In this document: piece by piece, positions 43,722-59,270 of the stretch
How positions within the stretch are numbered: the stretch's first letter is position 1
Layout: each line of letters starts with the position of its first letter
Notes under the pieces: generated by a model
Told to the model about the DNA's origin: nothing
The model's database searches: none
What the model saw: only the letters and a program-made list of their open reading frames with translations
Translations under genes and position numbers: made by a program
Source of the DNA: Eledone cirrhosa
Taxonomy: Eukaryota
DNA length: 64,000 bases
Assembly: GCA_964016885.1 (NCBI GenBank)
Contig: OZ024741.1
Span: 226,176,001-226,240,000 of the forward strand
Direction of reading: 5' to 3'

Positions 43722-43870
43722 AACTGTGTGGTTAAGGAAATCATTTCGTAAACATGTGGTTCTAGTTTCGGTTCGCTTCGCGGTAGCTTATACAAGTGTC
43801 TTTTACTAAAACCTTGAGTCGATCTATGTATTGTAAGTGGAATTTGCTATACGAAAAATACTGAAGCCCA
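43722..43870 (+). mobile_element. tRNA-derived SINE, family C, degenerate
   Basis: tgtgtggttaag..catgtggttc..caagtgtctt..gaagccc followed by a TA tail. Confidence 0.5.
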
Positions 43871-44181
43871 TATATATATATATGTGTGTTAGAAAGAGTC
43901 GGGGGCTGACTCTACTATCCCGAGTATCGAGTACTCAGTTGAATAATGGTCTAACTAGTTTAATACTGTTTTAATCCTGATATATATATATCCTATATAT
44001 ATATATGTGTGTGTGTTTCTGTGTTATGTATTTCGGTAAAAAAGGTAAAGGAAAGATGAGTGCTCTATGTATAGTACAGAGCTATTTAATTATATAATAA
44101 ACAAAACATGTTAATTATTCCATTACCAAAGGTTTCAGGAAACTAGACGATCTTAGCAGAATAATTATATTGTGTTGTTTA

Positions 44182-44227
<46 letters not shown>

Positions 44228-44407
44228 TAAAATAACAGATTAAATTTTATATATATATATAGGAAAAGAGTTAGGACCCCGCTGTGACTCTCTTCCTATT
44301 ACCCACTCTACTACCCAAAGTATTGAGTACTCTGGTGCGTTATGGTCCGCCTGGTTCCTTACCACACTTCCTTTGTTATATATATATATACATATATGTG
44401 TGTGTAT

Positions 44408-44522
<115 letters not shown>

Positions 44523-44799
44523 AGAGTCTGTCTGTGTCACTCTTTACGTCCTATGGATGTTCGACATAAACTGATCGATAAAATATGTAACAGATTTGAA
44601 AAATATAAATACTGCAGTCAATATTACAAATACAATGATTATTACGTTGGCGATCTTCTTTCTAGCTACGTCGACTCGGTTGTAAGTAGTTATCTATCAT
44701 GTCCTACCTATACAATTTGCCTCAGTTTCCGACAACTAACCAAAAACTAACAATATCTTCACTGGTTTTCCAATATCCTGTCCAGTCGGACGTGGCTCG

Positions 44800-45797
44800 C
44801 AAGAACAAGAACCGCAACAGAAGTAGCACCAGCAGTAGCAGGAGCAACAACAGCAACCACAATTACTAAAATAACAACAGGCATAGCAATAGCAACAGTA
44901 GTGGTTGCAGCAACAGCAGCAACAAAAACAACAACAGACATAACAACAGCAGCAGCAACAACAACCACACCAACGATATCAACATAATGAGAAACAGCAA
45001 CACGAGAAGCAGTAATAATAACAAAAACAATAACGACAACAATAGAATCATCATCATCATCGTCATCATCATCACCAGCAACAGCAACAGCAGTAGTAGC
45101 AGGACCAAGGAATAAAATAGCAACTCCATCTACACAAACAATGGAACCTTTTCGCTAGAATTAGCAACCAGATCTCCCCACCTCAAATAACAGTGTGTCA
45201 TCTAAGAAAACGGAACATATTGGTCGACGTAACCATCACTGTAATGTGTGAATATGGTTGTTTCGGCTGAAAGGCCTGCGTTCTGTGACTGGTATCCCGG
45301 TTCATGTCTGATTTGAGACTAATCAATAGTTATGACAATAAAAGACTGCAGCAAACTAATACCAAAAAAAAAAGTACTTTAAATGTATAACAGCAGCAGC
45401 ACCAGCAGTAACAACAATAACACCAAAATGTTCCACCTCAACAAGATAAACAACACCAACACCACTAAGATCAACAACAACACCAACAATAACAGCGATG
45501 ACAACACCACGAATAACAACCCCAACAAGATCAACACTAAGATCAATAAAAAATATCAACAACAGCAGTAACATCACCAACGCCACCAACAAAACCTCAA
45601 TCGATACCACCATCACCATCACCAGCACCAGCACCAACAACACCATCACCAGCACCAACATCACCTCTACCACCAACACCATAACCACCACCACCACCAC
45701 CGCCACCAGCAACAGCTCATAAACAACAACACCAAGACCACCACCAATAGCAATAAAATCAACAACACCACCAAATACAAGGGTAACAGAAAACGCC
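44800..45797. repeat. Degenerate trinucleotide (CAA/CAG/CAC/CAT) low-complexity tracts
   Basis: Directly visible at ~44800-45120 and ~45390-45797. Confidence 0.85.
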
Positions 45798-46185
45798 AAT
45801 AATAATGGTTTCTTATATAAGCACAAGGCCAGCAATTTGGGGGAGGGGAATGTCGATTTAATCAACTCCAGTGGTGACTGGTGCTTTATTTTATCAACCC
45901 CGTAAGGATGAAAGGCAAAGTTAACCTCGGTAGGATTTGAACTCAGATCATGAAAGGCCTCTGATGCTTTAACGATACTGCCAATCATCTGCCCTAATTG
46001 TTTCTACTTTTGACACAAGGCCAGCAATTTTCCCAGTGCATTACTGGTACTTTATTTTATCGACCCCGTAAGGATGAAAGGCAAAATTAACCTCGGCGGG
46101 ATTTAAACCCAGGCCGTAACGGGCCGTAACTCTATGGCAGCAAAGAATGGCAACCGACCCTCTACCGATACTGCCAATCTACGCC
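45798..46185 (-). mobile_element. Two adjacent family A SINEs (long 45798-45994, short 45995-46185)
   Basis: Two consecutive aaggatgaaaggcaaa cores. Confidence 0.88.
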
Positions 46186-46220
46186 AATAATAACACCTCC
46201 AACAACGGGCTCATCAACAA

Positions 46221-46320
46221 CACCAAGCACCAACATCACCACCAACACCAAGCACCAACATCACCACCAACACCAAGCACCAACATCACCACCAACACCA
46301 AGCACCAACATCACCACCAA
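46221..46320. repeat. Minisatellite, 4 x 25 bp (caccaagcaccaacatcaccaccaa)
   Basis: Exact tandem copies at 46221, 46246, 46271 and 46296. Confidence 0.9.
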
Positions 46321-47711
46321 CACCAACAGAAACGAGAGGCAGCGGCGTAAATAGTAATTTTGCGGATGTTCTGACAACTCCGTAGTATTCGTTCATTGTA
46401 ATATTCATAAGATGTTGACGTCATTTCAATATGGAAATTGCCACACAGCTGCCATCTTTAGCTTTCTTCATATCACACCCTCGTGTCATTACAGAAACTA
46501 TATTACAGTGCCTGAGATACCATCTTTTAACACGAACCCCGCATCAACATCATTATATTTCTCTCTCTCAATCTCGCACACGTACGCAAACACACTCACA
46601 CACACACACATTCACATATACATACACACACACACATGCACTCAGACATACACACATACGCACATACACACGTCCATACAGACGTATACACAAAAACATA
46701 CATTTACTCACACTTATACAGAAACCCACATACATACATACATACATACATACATACACACACACACTCACACACATATATACACATATGCACACACACG
46801 CACACACACACGTACACACAAGCATACAGACACATACACGAAAACATACATTCACTCACACTTATAAACACATATATACGCACATTCAACACATATATAC
46901 ACAGAAACGCACATACATACACACACACGAACACAAACACACACATCTTTGGATGTGTGTGTAGACTCATAAGAAGTTCACTGAGTAAATCTCAACTCGT
47001 TCAATCGAAGTATTATTCACTGGAGGTACTCAAGGAATAATATATATGCTCACCCATATATTTGTATATACATACATACACAAACACATACTCGCCCATA
47101 TATAGGCAGGTATAAATATATATATATTTTTTTTTCCTTCCTAATAATCGTCTTTGTCTCCCTATTTACACTCATATATATATATATATATATATATGCT
47201 TGTATGCATATGTATGCATGTATGTATATCGACCGTTGTCATTAGAAATACTATATAACTCAACGAAATATTTGCAGAATCAGCAGCTAATGTTTTTCGC
47301 GGCAATTGTATATTTACTTTCACATCACTGACCATTAATGTGCACACTCCACTCGTACACCCCCCCCCCCCCACACACACACACATATATACATATATAT
47401 ATATATATACGAACTCCACACACACCACATACACACATAACATCTACATCAAGCACATTGTGCACAATGTTACACACCAAAGATTATTCGTTTTAATGAA
47501 TCAATAAGATGTGCCAACCTCTCTACTCGATCTCCCCCCTCTCACCCTCTCCTCTTCCCTCCTACCCTCTCTATTTGCCTCTTTATTTCTAAAATCTCCT
47601 CGCATTCTTGTTAATTCTTTCTGTCCTACTCGACTTCATTTCTTCCATCTCTCTTGTTTTCCTCCCTCAATCATCTCCTATACATATATATATATAGTTC
47701 TTTGCCTTATT

Positions 47712-47755
<44 letters not shown>

Positions 47756-47775
47756 TCTCTCTCCCACTCTCTCTT

Positions 47776-47810
<35 letters not shown>

Positions 47811-48449
47811 CCTTCTCTCCTTCACCCAATCTCTCTCCTTTTCTCTTTCACCCAATCTCTCTCTCCTTCTCTCTCTCACTCAATCTCTCTCCTCCTTTCT
47901 TTCACTCAATCAATCATTCCATTTCGTGTTTGTAGTAATCATTGTTCTTTCTAGCATTTCTCTCGCTATCTTCCTCTTTCTTTCCTTTCTTTATTTCTCC
48001 TCTACCTTCTCTCTTTCTTTGATCACTGCTTTTATAACATCCATATATATAACCCTTGTTTTACTGCTTTCTTTCATCTGGTTTGTTATTCAAAGTTTTG
48101 AGCAGATTTATTCATAACGTAAGTTGTTGTTGGTATTTTTAATGGTTTGGTTTGGAGAAAGAAGCCGCATGTCCGTGGCTTTTGCAGGTCCTCCTAATCA
48201 GACCTGCCAACCACTAAAAACCCAAACGGGGAGTACCATGAAAAAGTGCCCCAAAAGGGGAGAAATGAGGCAAAATTGGGAGATTTTACTTAATGAAAGA
48301 TATACCTACTTTCACAAGAAAAAAAAAACTCTCACCCACCCAAAGTGGGTGCTGGATCTCCCCGTCGGACGGGGAGAGTTGACAGGTCTGCCTAATGTTT
48401 CTCTTCAAGGTAACGGTTGTCTGAAATCATAGTTTGTTTCGGGAGGAGG

Positions 48450-49010
48450 GAGTCTTGCCGGCTGACATTTTAAGGAAGAATACTGAAAGTAGTAGTTAGG
48501 AAAGTGGAACCAATACGGATGGCGATGGGAGGTGAAACGAATAAGTCACGAGTGCCTTGATGAAGGTGGAGTGAAATGAACAAGTTCTGAAGAGCAGCGA
48601 GTATTAAAGTAATGGTAGAACAGGCAAATATTACAGAATGCACGTGTAAGGAAAGTGTTATCAGGCGACGTCATGCATATGGGCCTGGTAGGCTTCTTTT
48701 CGATGTTGTGTAGGGCGTACGTTTATGTAGTAGCAGCAATCTTCCTAGCACATTTGCGGGTGACAAGAAGAGGAATTCATTTGGCTTCAAATCGACAAAT
48801 GTCTGTTGGAGTGGGAGATGGAAGAGAGAATCAGAGGCGTTCGATTGTCATGCGTTTCCTAAAGCTAAGGAATATACAGAGAAAGAACATTGCTTCAAAC
48901 TGGATAATGCCATCCGTTGTAAAGTATGAATCATATTTCGATGTAGCAACGTCAGTACATGACTGTTTTATTTCATGGGGACCTTTTCGGAAGTGAAAAG
49001 CATTATTGCT
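48450..49010 (-). mobile_element. Very decayed LINE RT remnant (I/Nimb/Jockey-like)
   Basis: Minus strand gives DGI, then RPICMTS, then IRIGSTF in the expected order. Confidence 0.4.
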
Positions 49011-49938
49011 TGCGTCGAGATTTTAACTCTGCACTCAGCAGGAAATAACTCCGTAATGGATGTTAGGCATTTAAGCTGACACTGTATAGTCTGTGCACTC
49101 CTGCCTCACTCCTTTATAGTAACGAGAATAAAGCAATAGAATAAGCCGACACCACTTCTTTACGCATATTTACGTGCTAGAAGGGTAAAATGCCACGTTT
49201 GCCCGAACCGAAATTTGATCTCAGAAATAAAAAAGAGGTAACCAAATATCCAGAAGCACTTTTATCCTATTGCGTGTACCAGCAATAAATGTTATCGATC
49301 TTAGCAGCTCGGTGCAGGGTGGGGCTGCGAGGACCATCGATACACCCCCTTTCTTTTGACCAAAATGTTTGTAATAAATTCAAATCGAATTAAAGTTTTT
49401 TGAAATATTCGAATTGAATCTAATACATTATTGGTATTTCTTGCATCTACGCTACTGTTTGAATGACCATCAATGAATGAACGTTAATATAATCAGGTGT
49501 TTAGATGGTGAATGGGCAGAATTGAAAAAGCGTCAGGTAGAATGTCATTGCGTTACTTTATCAAGGTTAAATAGTGAGTCTTGTTTTAAAGAAAACTCCT
49601 ACTGCTGCTTACGTAAGGTAATGTCCGTGAAATATACATATACACCAGGTAAGAACACAAAGGAACCAAACTCCAACTCCCATTGTCACTGCCTCTGTCT
49701 CTCCCGCTCTCCCCAGCTATCAGCATCATGAGCAAATGGGGCCGCCCTGCGGCTTCGCCGCCTGAAGATATTTCCCCAGAGGATGGTGAGGGAGATGCGT
49801 TATTTGCTCTGGCTCTTAGCATTCTGGTTTCAAAACCCACCGAGGTCATCCTTCCGGAGTCGATAAAAGTAATGGGATTGATTTAACCAACTTTTCCACA
49901 TCACCAAACGTGCTAGCTGAATACCTACATGAACAATC

Positions 49939-50126
49939 AATAATAATTGTTACTACTTTTGGCACAAGGCCAGCAATTACCCAGTGCATTACTGGTACTT
50001 TATTTTATCGACCCCGTAAGGATGAAAGGCAAAGTTAACCTCGGCGGGATTTGAACTCAGAATGGCAAGGGCCGTAACTCTATGCGTCAAAGCATGGCAT
50101 CCGACCCTCTACCGATACTGGCAATC
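49939..50126 (-). mobile_element. SINE family A, short variant
   Basis: Near-consensus; caatcaataataat on both sides. Confidence 0.9.
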
Positions 50127-50620
50127 AATAATAATAATAACAACAATAATAACAATAATAATTCAATATCGCTTTGTCAAATGGTTTCAACAATTAGCGA
50201 ACGACAACATAAGGTATACAGAATTAATTAGATTATAAGATATATTACATCTTATTATGCAACCTTCATCGTACACTAATTACTAAAAATTACCCCAGCA
50301 GAAGATTAATTCAGAGCATTGACTGATAAACACAAACACACACAGATACACACACACACGTGTGTGTGTGTGAGATGCAACCGGTTCTAGCAGGGAAACC
50401 TTATTCTAGTCCCGTCAACTTCCTTATATATATATATATATATATATTTCTGGAATTAGTACAGAAATAGCCGTCGAAATGGCTTGAGCTCTGCCGTCGG
50501 GGTTAAACATTTTCCTATTACCCACTCTACTACACTAAGTATTGAGTTCTCTGGTGCGTTATGGTCCATCGGGTCCCTTACCACACCTCCTTCGTTTTAT
50601 ATATATATATATATATATAT

Positions 50621-50830
50621 ATAAACATTTGAATTTGTAAAGCCAAGCAATGCAGGTATGGACATACAATAAAAATGAAAATGCAAAGAAGAAGAGATAT
50701 TATTTCGAAAATTAAGGACATTTAAATAAATCTAAGGTAAAAGACTAATTGTCAACAATATCTTTTGCATTTGCATTTTTATTCTATGTCCATACCTGCA
50801 TTGTTTGGCTTTACAAATTCAAACGTTTAT
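50621..50830. repeat. Inverted repeat, ~70-bp arms with ~70-bp spacer
   Basis: aaacatttgaatttgtaaagccaa.. is mirrored by ..ttggctttacaaattcaaacgttt. Confidence 0.9.
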
Positions 50831-50885
50831 ACCTCATTACACAATGCTTCAAGTGAACTATAACTTCCTCCATATATATATATAT

Positions 50886-51890
50886 CTTTTACTCTTTTAC
50901 CTGTTCCAGCCATCCGGCTGAGGCCATGCTGGGGCACCGCCCTTGTTGCTACACATTTCATATCCAGCCTGTATTGGTTGGCCACTGGTGCAAGAGCAAG
51001 TTTGTTGCTGCTGCCCTTGGGTTTCCCTTGTGCCTTGCTGTGGGCTCATCCGGGATCCTGGATAGCAAGGTGTCGAGATGTTTCTTGAAAACATCCACAT
51101 CCAAACCACGCAGATCTCTCAGATCCCTCGGCAGCTTTTTGAGAAGTTGAGGGCCCTTGAACCCCAGGCTATCTGCTCTTTATTCTAGATGTGGAAGACG
51201 GGATCTTTGGCACCACACAGTGACGTCCTGTTCGGGGGGTTGGTCCAGCTTCCAATGCCAAAGTTTGGTGCTAGTCCCTCCAGGATTTTCCACATGTACA
51301 TCATTGCGTATATCTCCTGTCTTCGTTCCAAGGAGTAGGGGTTCAGTCCTTTAGCCTCTCCCAGTAGCTTATCTCCTTCATCGTAGCAATCCTCTTGGTG
51401 TAGCTTCGCTGGATTGCCTCAAGCTCCGTGGTTAGTTTGACACTATGGGGTGACGACAGCTGGGAGCAGTAGTCCAGGCAGCTTAGGACAAATGTCCTCC
51501 ATAGTGTCAACATGGTGTCTCGGTCTCTTGTCCGGAAAGTACTCAAGATCCAGCCAGCGAGTCGCCTGCACATTGTCGCAACTTTCATGATGTGTGAGGA
51601 AAAAGAGGCATCATCGCTCATGTCTATTCCCAGGCCTCGTATCGATTCGACATGGGAATTTCGGTACCTCCTGGTCCAGAGTAACTGTGTTGTATTGTAT
51701 TTGTGTTTGCCGGATTGTATTGTAGGGCTTGAAATCTGCCAGCATTAAACTGCATGTTGTTGTCTTCCGCCGATTTGTATGTGGCATCCAACTAGCCGGG
51801 TTTTTGATTACCTTGCTACCTTAGTGTCATCAGCATAGCTAGTGAGGGATGTTGTATGTACTACAGAGGGCATGTCTGAGAGAGCCACCA
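50886..51890 (-). mobile_element. CR1-type LINE 3' fragment
   Basis: SYADDTK, then LDYCSQL..LEAIQR..SYWERLK; (GTAAAAGA)n tail. A short 3' end of the same family lies at ~23410-23480. Confidence 0.85.
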
Positions 51891-53089
51891 AGACAACATA
51901 TATATATATATATATATAATTATATAAGGAAGATCAGGAGGAATCGTATAGTTGCTAGGGAGTATGTGGAGGGGAACATCAGCTAGACTCCTTGTGGGCA
52001 AAACGAAAATTCAAATATTTGGGGTAGGTAAAAACAACGCGCTGGGTTGTGTGTGTATTAAGCTAGAAGGAAACTAGATAGATAAGTTAATTGCTATAAA
52101 TAGAGTGAATGATAGAAGCATTAACCCTAGACTAGTCCTAAGTAGAACAATGTAACAATTATATCTTCATATGCACTTTCCTCTGGACGGTCAGACGAAT
52201 CAAAAGAGGGCTTTTACCAATACGCTACATTTCTAAGGAATGCCAGCGATTTCATAGTCCTTGAAAGCGACTTTAACAGGTATGTTGAGCAACATAGTGA
52301 TGGATTCTATGGGGTCTGCGGAAGTTAGAGGTTTGTCACGAGAAATGAGGAAGCTTCTAGGTTACTGGAATTCTGCGATACCAATTATATATATCTGCAA
52401 CACAAACTTCAAAACCCCAGAGAACCAATCGACCGCCTATAGATCAAGTGATATATTTTATCTTCACCCGAAGACAAATAGAGTTATGAAAGGAAAAACA
52501 AAGTCTCTCCCTTGTGTGAAATGCACATCCCAACATAACCTAGTTGTTAGCAACTTTATAATTAGGGCTTAGATGAACTCAGAGACAGAAGGCAACCTGG
52601 ATAGAAGGATATGGATCCTGAAAGAATCCTCACTGAGCAATATATTTAGAGGTATTTTGCCTGACGCTGTAAGAACAGTGGGAGTTTCTGAGAAATAATC
52701 TGCTGAAGAGAACAAATGGGGTATGTGACTGCAACAGACCACAAGGGAGAATGAGAGTGACATGGTCGTGGAATAGTAAGGTGGATGAGAAAATTTAAGC
52801 CAAGGTTCGGGCATGAAAAAAATGGCAGAATGAGGGAAACAGAGAAAACAATTAAGAAGCTACGAGAGAAACTAGGAGACAGGTATAATTTGCAAGGAGG
52901 GATGCAGAAGAAAAAAAATGGAAGCATGTAAGGTGTTCAGGATTGGCAGGCAGTGTGTCAGGGAAAATTGTGATGTTGTTGGGATAAGAGTGTTCGAGAT
53001 GATAATGGCGCACTTGCCCTCACAGATGCTGAGGAGTAGCATGGAAGTGTCATTATGAAAGTTTGCAGACTGAGCAGATTGCATGGGAG

Positions 53090-53335
53090 GAAGCGTACTA
53101 AGAAAGGCAATGAAGGATATGAAGACAGAAAATTAGCTGGACCATCGGGAATATTTACTGAGATGCTGAAAGCAACTGGCATGGTGGGTCACACATTAAC
53201 CACACATTGTAAACCCATAATATAAAATGATGCCTCACCCAATGACTGGTGTAGCAGCACCAGCGTCAACTGTTACAAAGACAAACGAGATACATTTGAC
53301 AGAAGAAACTATAGAAGCATCAGTTTGGTGGAACT
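53090..53335 (+). mobile_element. RTE LINE RT N-terminal fragment
   Basis: AGPSGIFTEMLKA..PNDWCSS..CYKDK.D..RRNYRSISL. Confidence 0.75.
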
Positions 53336-53935
53336 AACTGTTGAAACGGAAGGAAGTCAGCCGTCGGGCCCCGACTCTTTCTAATATAGCCATAGTATCG
53401 TGTACTCTGTTGAGTAATAGTCTAACTAATTTAAAACTAGTTCTATCCGGATGATTGGAATGACTTTGATGATATGTTTGCACAGGCACTACTTATGTGG
53501 GTATAAATCGCCAAAAATTACACCAACATTGCTGTTCGTTGACCTTCTAAAAACGACAGCTAAATCTCTCTCACATCCGACCCTACAGACTTAAAAGAAA
53601 AGAAGAGAGGCCTGTGAAAAGATACACTATCTGATATAAAGGTGGGCTGGTGATGCGTGCAATTGACGTTGTTTCACAAACCATGATGCTTTTCATTCAG
53701 AGCACAGCAGGAGGTACACAAGAACAACGAGAACCACGAGATCGACGAGAATAACAACAAACAGCATCACAAAATGAAACTACGTAATAACAGCCGATTG
53801 TTTTCTTTAGATCGATCATATAAAGTTCGATGATTTATTGGAAAGGAAACAGCACTGTACAGGAATAATATTATGCAAGTCATAAAACTTTCCACTACAT
53901 TTACATCGCATATATAATGTGGAGATTATACATAC

Positions 53936-53986
<51 letters not shown>

Positions 53987-54001
53987 CACAAACGCGCACA
54001 C

Positions 54002-54032
<31 letters not shown>

Positions 54033-54120
54033 CATATATATAAATATTTACACACACGGATATATATATGTACATGTATATATGCGTGTGTATGCATGTA
54101 TAAATATATATATACATATA

Positions 54121-54177
<57 letters not shown>

Positions 54178-54300
54178 ATATATATATATATATATATATA
54201 TACCTATATATATATATATATATACCTATATATATATATAAATATATATATGCGTGTGTATGCATGTATATATATACATGTATGTATATATATATATATA

Positions 54301-54371
<71 letters not shown>

Positions 54372-54889
54372 TTACTTACATATATATATATATATACATA
54401 CGTACATACATATATATATATATATATATACATACATACTTACATACATATATATGTGCTTGTGTTCTTGTGTGCTTGCGTATGTGTGAGAGTGGGTGAG
54501 TGGTGTTCTTGTTGTTGCGTCTCTATTATACTGGTGTTGTTCGAAGGTCAAACTACCAACAGCACTTTAGAGACAGCGATTACTGACCTTAAAGCAACTC
54601 GATTGTGTCGCTGTTTTTCCCTTCTTTCTAAAACCGTATGACGAGCTGGGTTATTTTTGGCATAGTTCCATCATCATTAAAATATATTCTGTTGAAACTC
54701 TAGTGGATTTTCGAGTTTTATGTATGTGTAAATTAATATGTTTATTTTTTATACGTTATATGTGTACGTTCGCCGTGCGTACAAACATACACTTTAGTTA
54801 TATTTATTCATACATATATGCGTACGCTTATATATGGTTGCAATGTATGTATGTATGTATGTATGTATGTATGTGTCTATCTATATATA

Positions 54890-55190
<301 letters not shown>

Positions 55191-55269
55191 GATATATATA
55201 TATATATTACACAAATATGACCCTCCCCAAGTATAACAACATATATATATATATATATATGTGTATGTA

Positions 55270-55311
<42 letters not shown>

Positions 55312-55346
55312 TACATACATACATACATATATAAATATATATATTA

Positions 55347-55800
55347 TGTCAGGTCACCAGTTGGTGCTACTGGTAACATGTATCCCAGTACAACCTGTCC
55401 CATGGTCGGGTCGTTGGCGACTAAACTGGCAACCCCACCAAGGTTTCTTGGTGAGGAGGGTGACTTTGGACATCCTGCAGGACTAAAAGCAAAACCTGTC
55501 AAAAGGGCGCAAAGGAGCTCTTAAGAGTCAATGGCCATACAAAATCACCGGGAGAGATGACCCCTTAACCTTTGTCAAGGCAGAATTCTAGGAGAAGGAA
55601 AACTCTGATATAACACCTGTAACCCTGATGGTACCATGGGCCCAGCACTATGTGTCAATAATTGTCACAGGTGTAGTGTTTGTACCAGAGTTTTCAAGTC
55701 CCTGGCTGGACTAAAAAGTCACACTCGTTCAGCGCATCGGTAGGGGTTCTCCTACATGGATATAAAGTAGTGGCCGAACTCGAAAACCAGTTGGCAGCCA

Positions 55801-55802
<2 letters not shown>
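55347..55802 (+). mobile_element. Family R retroposon with internal deletion
   Basis: Matches 29970-30580, with the segment between two atggta microhomologies missing. Confidence 0.9.
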
Positions 55803-55891
<89 letters not shown>

Positions 55892-56414
55892 CATATTTAT
55901 ATACATATATGTATAGAGAGAGAGGGAGAGAAAATGGGAAGCAGTAAGAAAGAAACAGACGGGTCACAGCGGAGGAAAATATATATGAAAAATATGAAAA
56001 GATGGCGTGTTGCGTGGTTGCAAATGGGTTACATATGAATAAATTTAGTCCTTCATCAGTGATCTTCCAACCTTCATTGGTATTTCATCGCTTTAAAGAC
56101 CATATACCTCTGGTATATGGTCTTTATAGAGCAACGGCTAAAGAAAGTCGTTGGGACACGTAAATAGGGTGAACTAGCGAGACAGTAAACAAACAAAGAT
56201 GGTAATGCAACGAAAAGTGAGGAAGTAGGAGTCAAGTCCGTGAAATAGATGAACATATGTTCGGTGAAATCGTAGACGAGAGAATAAAGACCATCCAACC
56301 TGGTCGAAGTGTGAGTAAGAAAAGAATTTAGCACAGGTCAAACGGGAGGAAGAAGCAGTCAAGTCCCTGAAATCGATGAACATAAGTTCTGTGAAATCGT
56401 AGACGAGATATATG

Positions 56415-56466
<52 letters not shown>

Positions 56467-56651
56467 AATATATATATATATACAGAGAGAGAGAGAGACA
56501 TACATACATTGCATCCATATGTACATATATATACACACACACACATATATATATATATACATATGTGTATATATATACATACATATATTCATATATATAT
56601 GTAAATACATATATGCGTATGCTTATATATGGATGCAATGTATGTATGTAC

Positions 56652-56748
<97 letters not shown>

Positions 56749-56760
56749 CATATCTGTATA

Positions 56761-57763
<1,003 letters not shown>

Positions 57764-57813
57764 AGTGTATGTATGTATATATATATATATATATATATAT
57801 TCTGCCTTAACAA

Positions 57814-58192
57814 AGAATTCTAGAGAATTCTAGAAGGAAAACTCTGATATAACACCTGCAACCCACTGATGTTGACTTGTTCTTTTTTTTGGTAAATATC
57901 ATCTTGGTTAAGAGAGTGGGACTGACTTTGTGCAGTGCCTTTGCTCACTATAAAAGCTTCACGGCACAGGTATTGCTTTATATCTGGTGATCTCTCTGCA
58001 CTTGTCCTCACATGGTACCATGGGCCCAGCACTATGTGTCAATAATTGTCACAAGTGTAGTGTTTGTACCAGAGTTTTCAAGTCGCTGGCTGGACTAAAA
58101 GGTCACACTCGTTCAGCGCATCGGTAGGGGTTCTCCTACATGGATATAAAGTAGTGGCCGTACTCGAAAACGAGCTGGCAGCCACCACCACC
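57814..58192 (+). mobile_element. Family R retroposon, 5'-truncated
   Basis: Matches 30205-30580. Confidence 0.88.
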
Positions 58193-58230
58193 ATATATAT
58201 ATATATATATATGTGTCTATATATGTATGA

Positions 58231-58261
<31 letters not shown>

Positions 58262-58268
58262 TATATTA

Positions 58269-58332
<64 letters not shown>

Positions 58333-58393
58333 CATATATATATATATATACGTATATGAATGTATGTATGTATGTATATATATATATATATTA

Positions 58394-58873
58394 TGTCAAG
58401 TGGCTCTCGAATGCTACTGGTAACATGTAACTCAGTACAACCTGTCTCATGGTCTGGTCGCCGTCGACTAAACCGGCAACCCCACCAAGCCTGCTTGGTG
58501 AGGAGGGTGATATTTGGACACCCTGCGGGATGAAATACAAGCCCCGGTGAAGGGTGGAGGAACTCAGTAGATTCAATGGCCATCCAAATAGACTCTTTTT
58601 TCTTTCATCTGGGAGTGAAAGGTCCCCAGTTGTTATCACAACACCTTTCTAAGAGAGGGAAACACTGAAAAAAAGGATATGCGACTTCGGTGGCATCTGT
58701 TGATGTTAAACAGTTTTTTTACGGGTAGTGTTTTCGATGCTCAGAGAGTGGGATTGGTCGAGTACAAGGCTTTACCCCACCCTGCAAAGTACCTGTTACA
58801 GGATCGTGTGGCTGGCCGTAGCTATTTTCTGTAATCTGACAAGCGATTGCAATAATTTTAACAGAGTTTGCAA

Positions 58874-58880
<7 letters not shown>
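58394..58880 (+). mobile_element. Diverged family R relative
   Basis: Shares gctactggtaacatgta..cagtacaacctgtctcatggtc..gactaaac.ggcaaccccaccaag and agagtggga. Confidence 0.75.
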
Positions 58881-58904
<24 letters not shown>

Positions 58905-59004
58905 GAAAAACATGGGGAGAAGAATACTGCATGGTAGCACATGGATTACATATTATAAAATTAGTCCCTCATCAGTGATTTGCCAACGATCATTAGTATT
59001 TCAT

Positions 59005-59071
<67 letters not shown>

Positions 59072-59117
59072 TATATATTTTTAAAATAAGACTCCACAGT
59101 TGCATTTTCGATTTCAT

Positions 59118-59177
<60 letters not shown>

Positions 59178-59208
59178 TAACTGGAAACTATATTTATAAA
59201 ACCATATT

Positions 59209-59270
59209 TATTCTATTATATATATTTCAAGCGTACCAAAAACTTTGGTACGCTTTCATCAGATAAAATA
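59209..59270 (-). ncRNA. Type I hammerhead ribozyme
   Basis: tattttat-CTGATGA-aagcgtaccaaa gtt tttggtacgctt (perfect 12-bp stem II)-GAAA-tatata-TA-atagaata. Confidence 0.92.

Noticed and set aside
46221-46320. CRISPR-like array
   Set aside because: Contiguous 25-bp minisatellite with no spacers, in a eukaryotic context.
52540-53085. RNase H remnant of an I-clade LINE on the minus strand
   Set aside because: Only faint motif echoes (YPNNITIF, LGYVG); too decayed to call.
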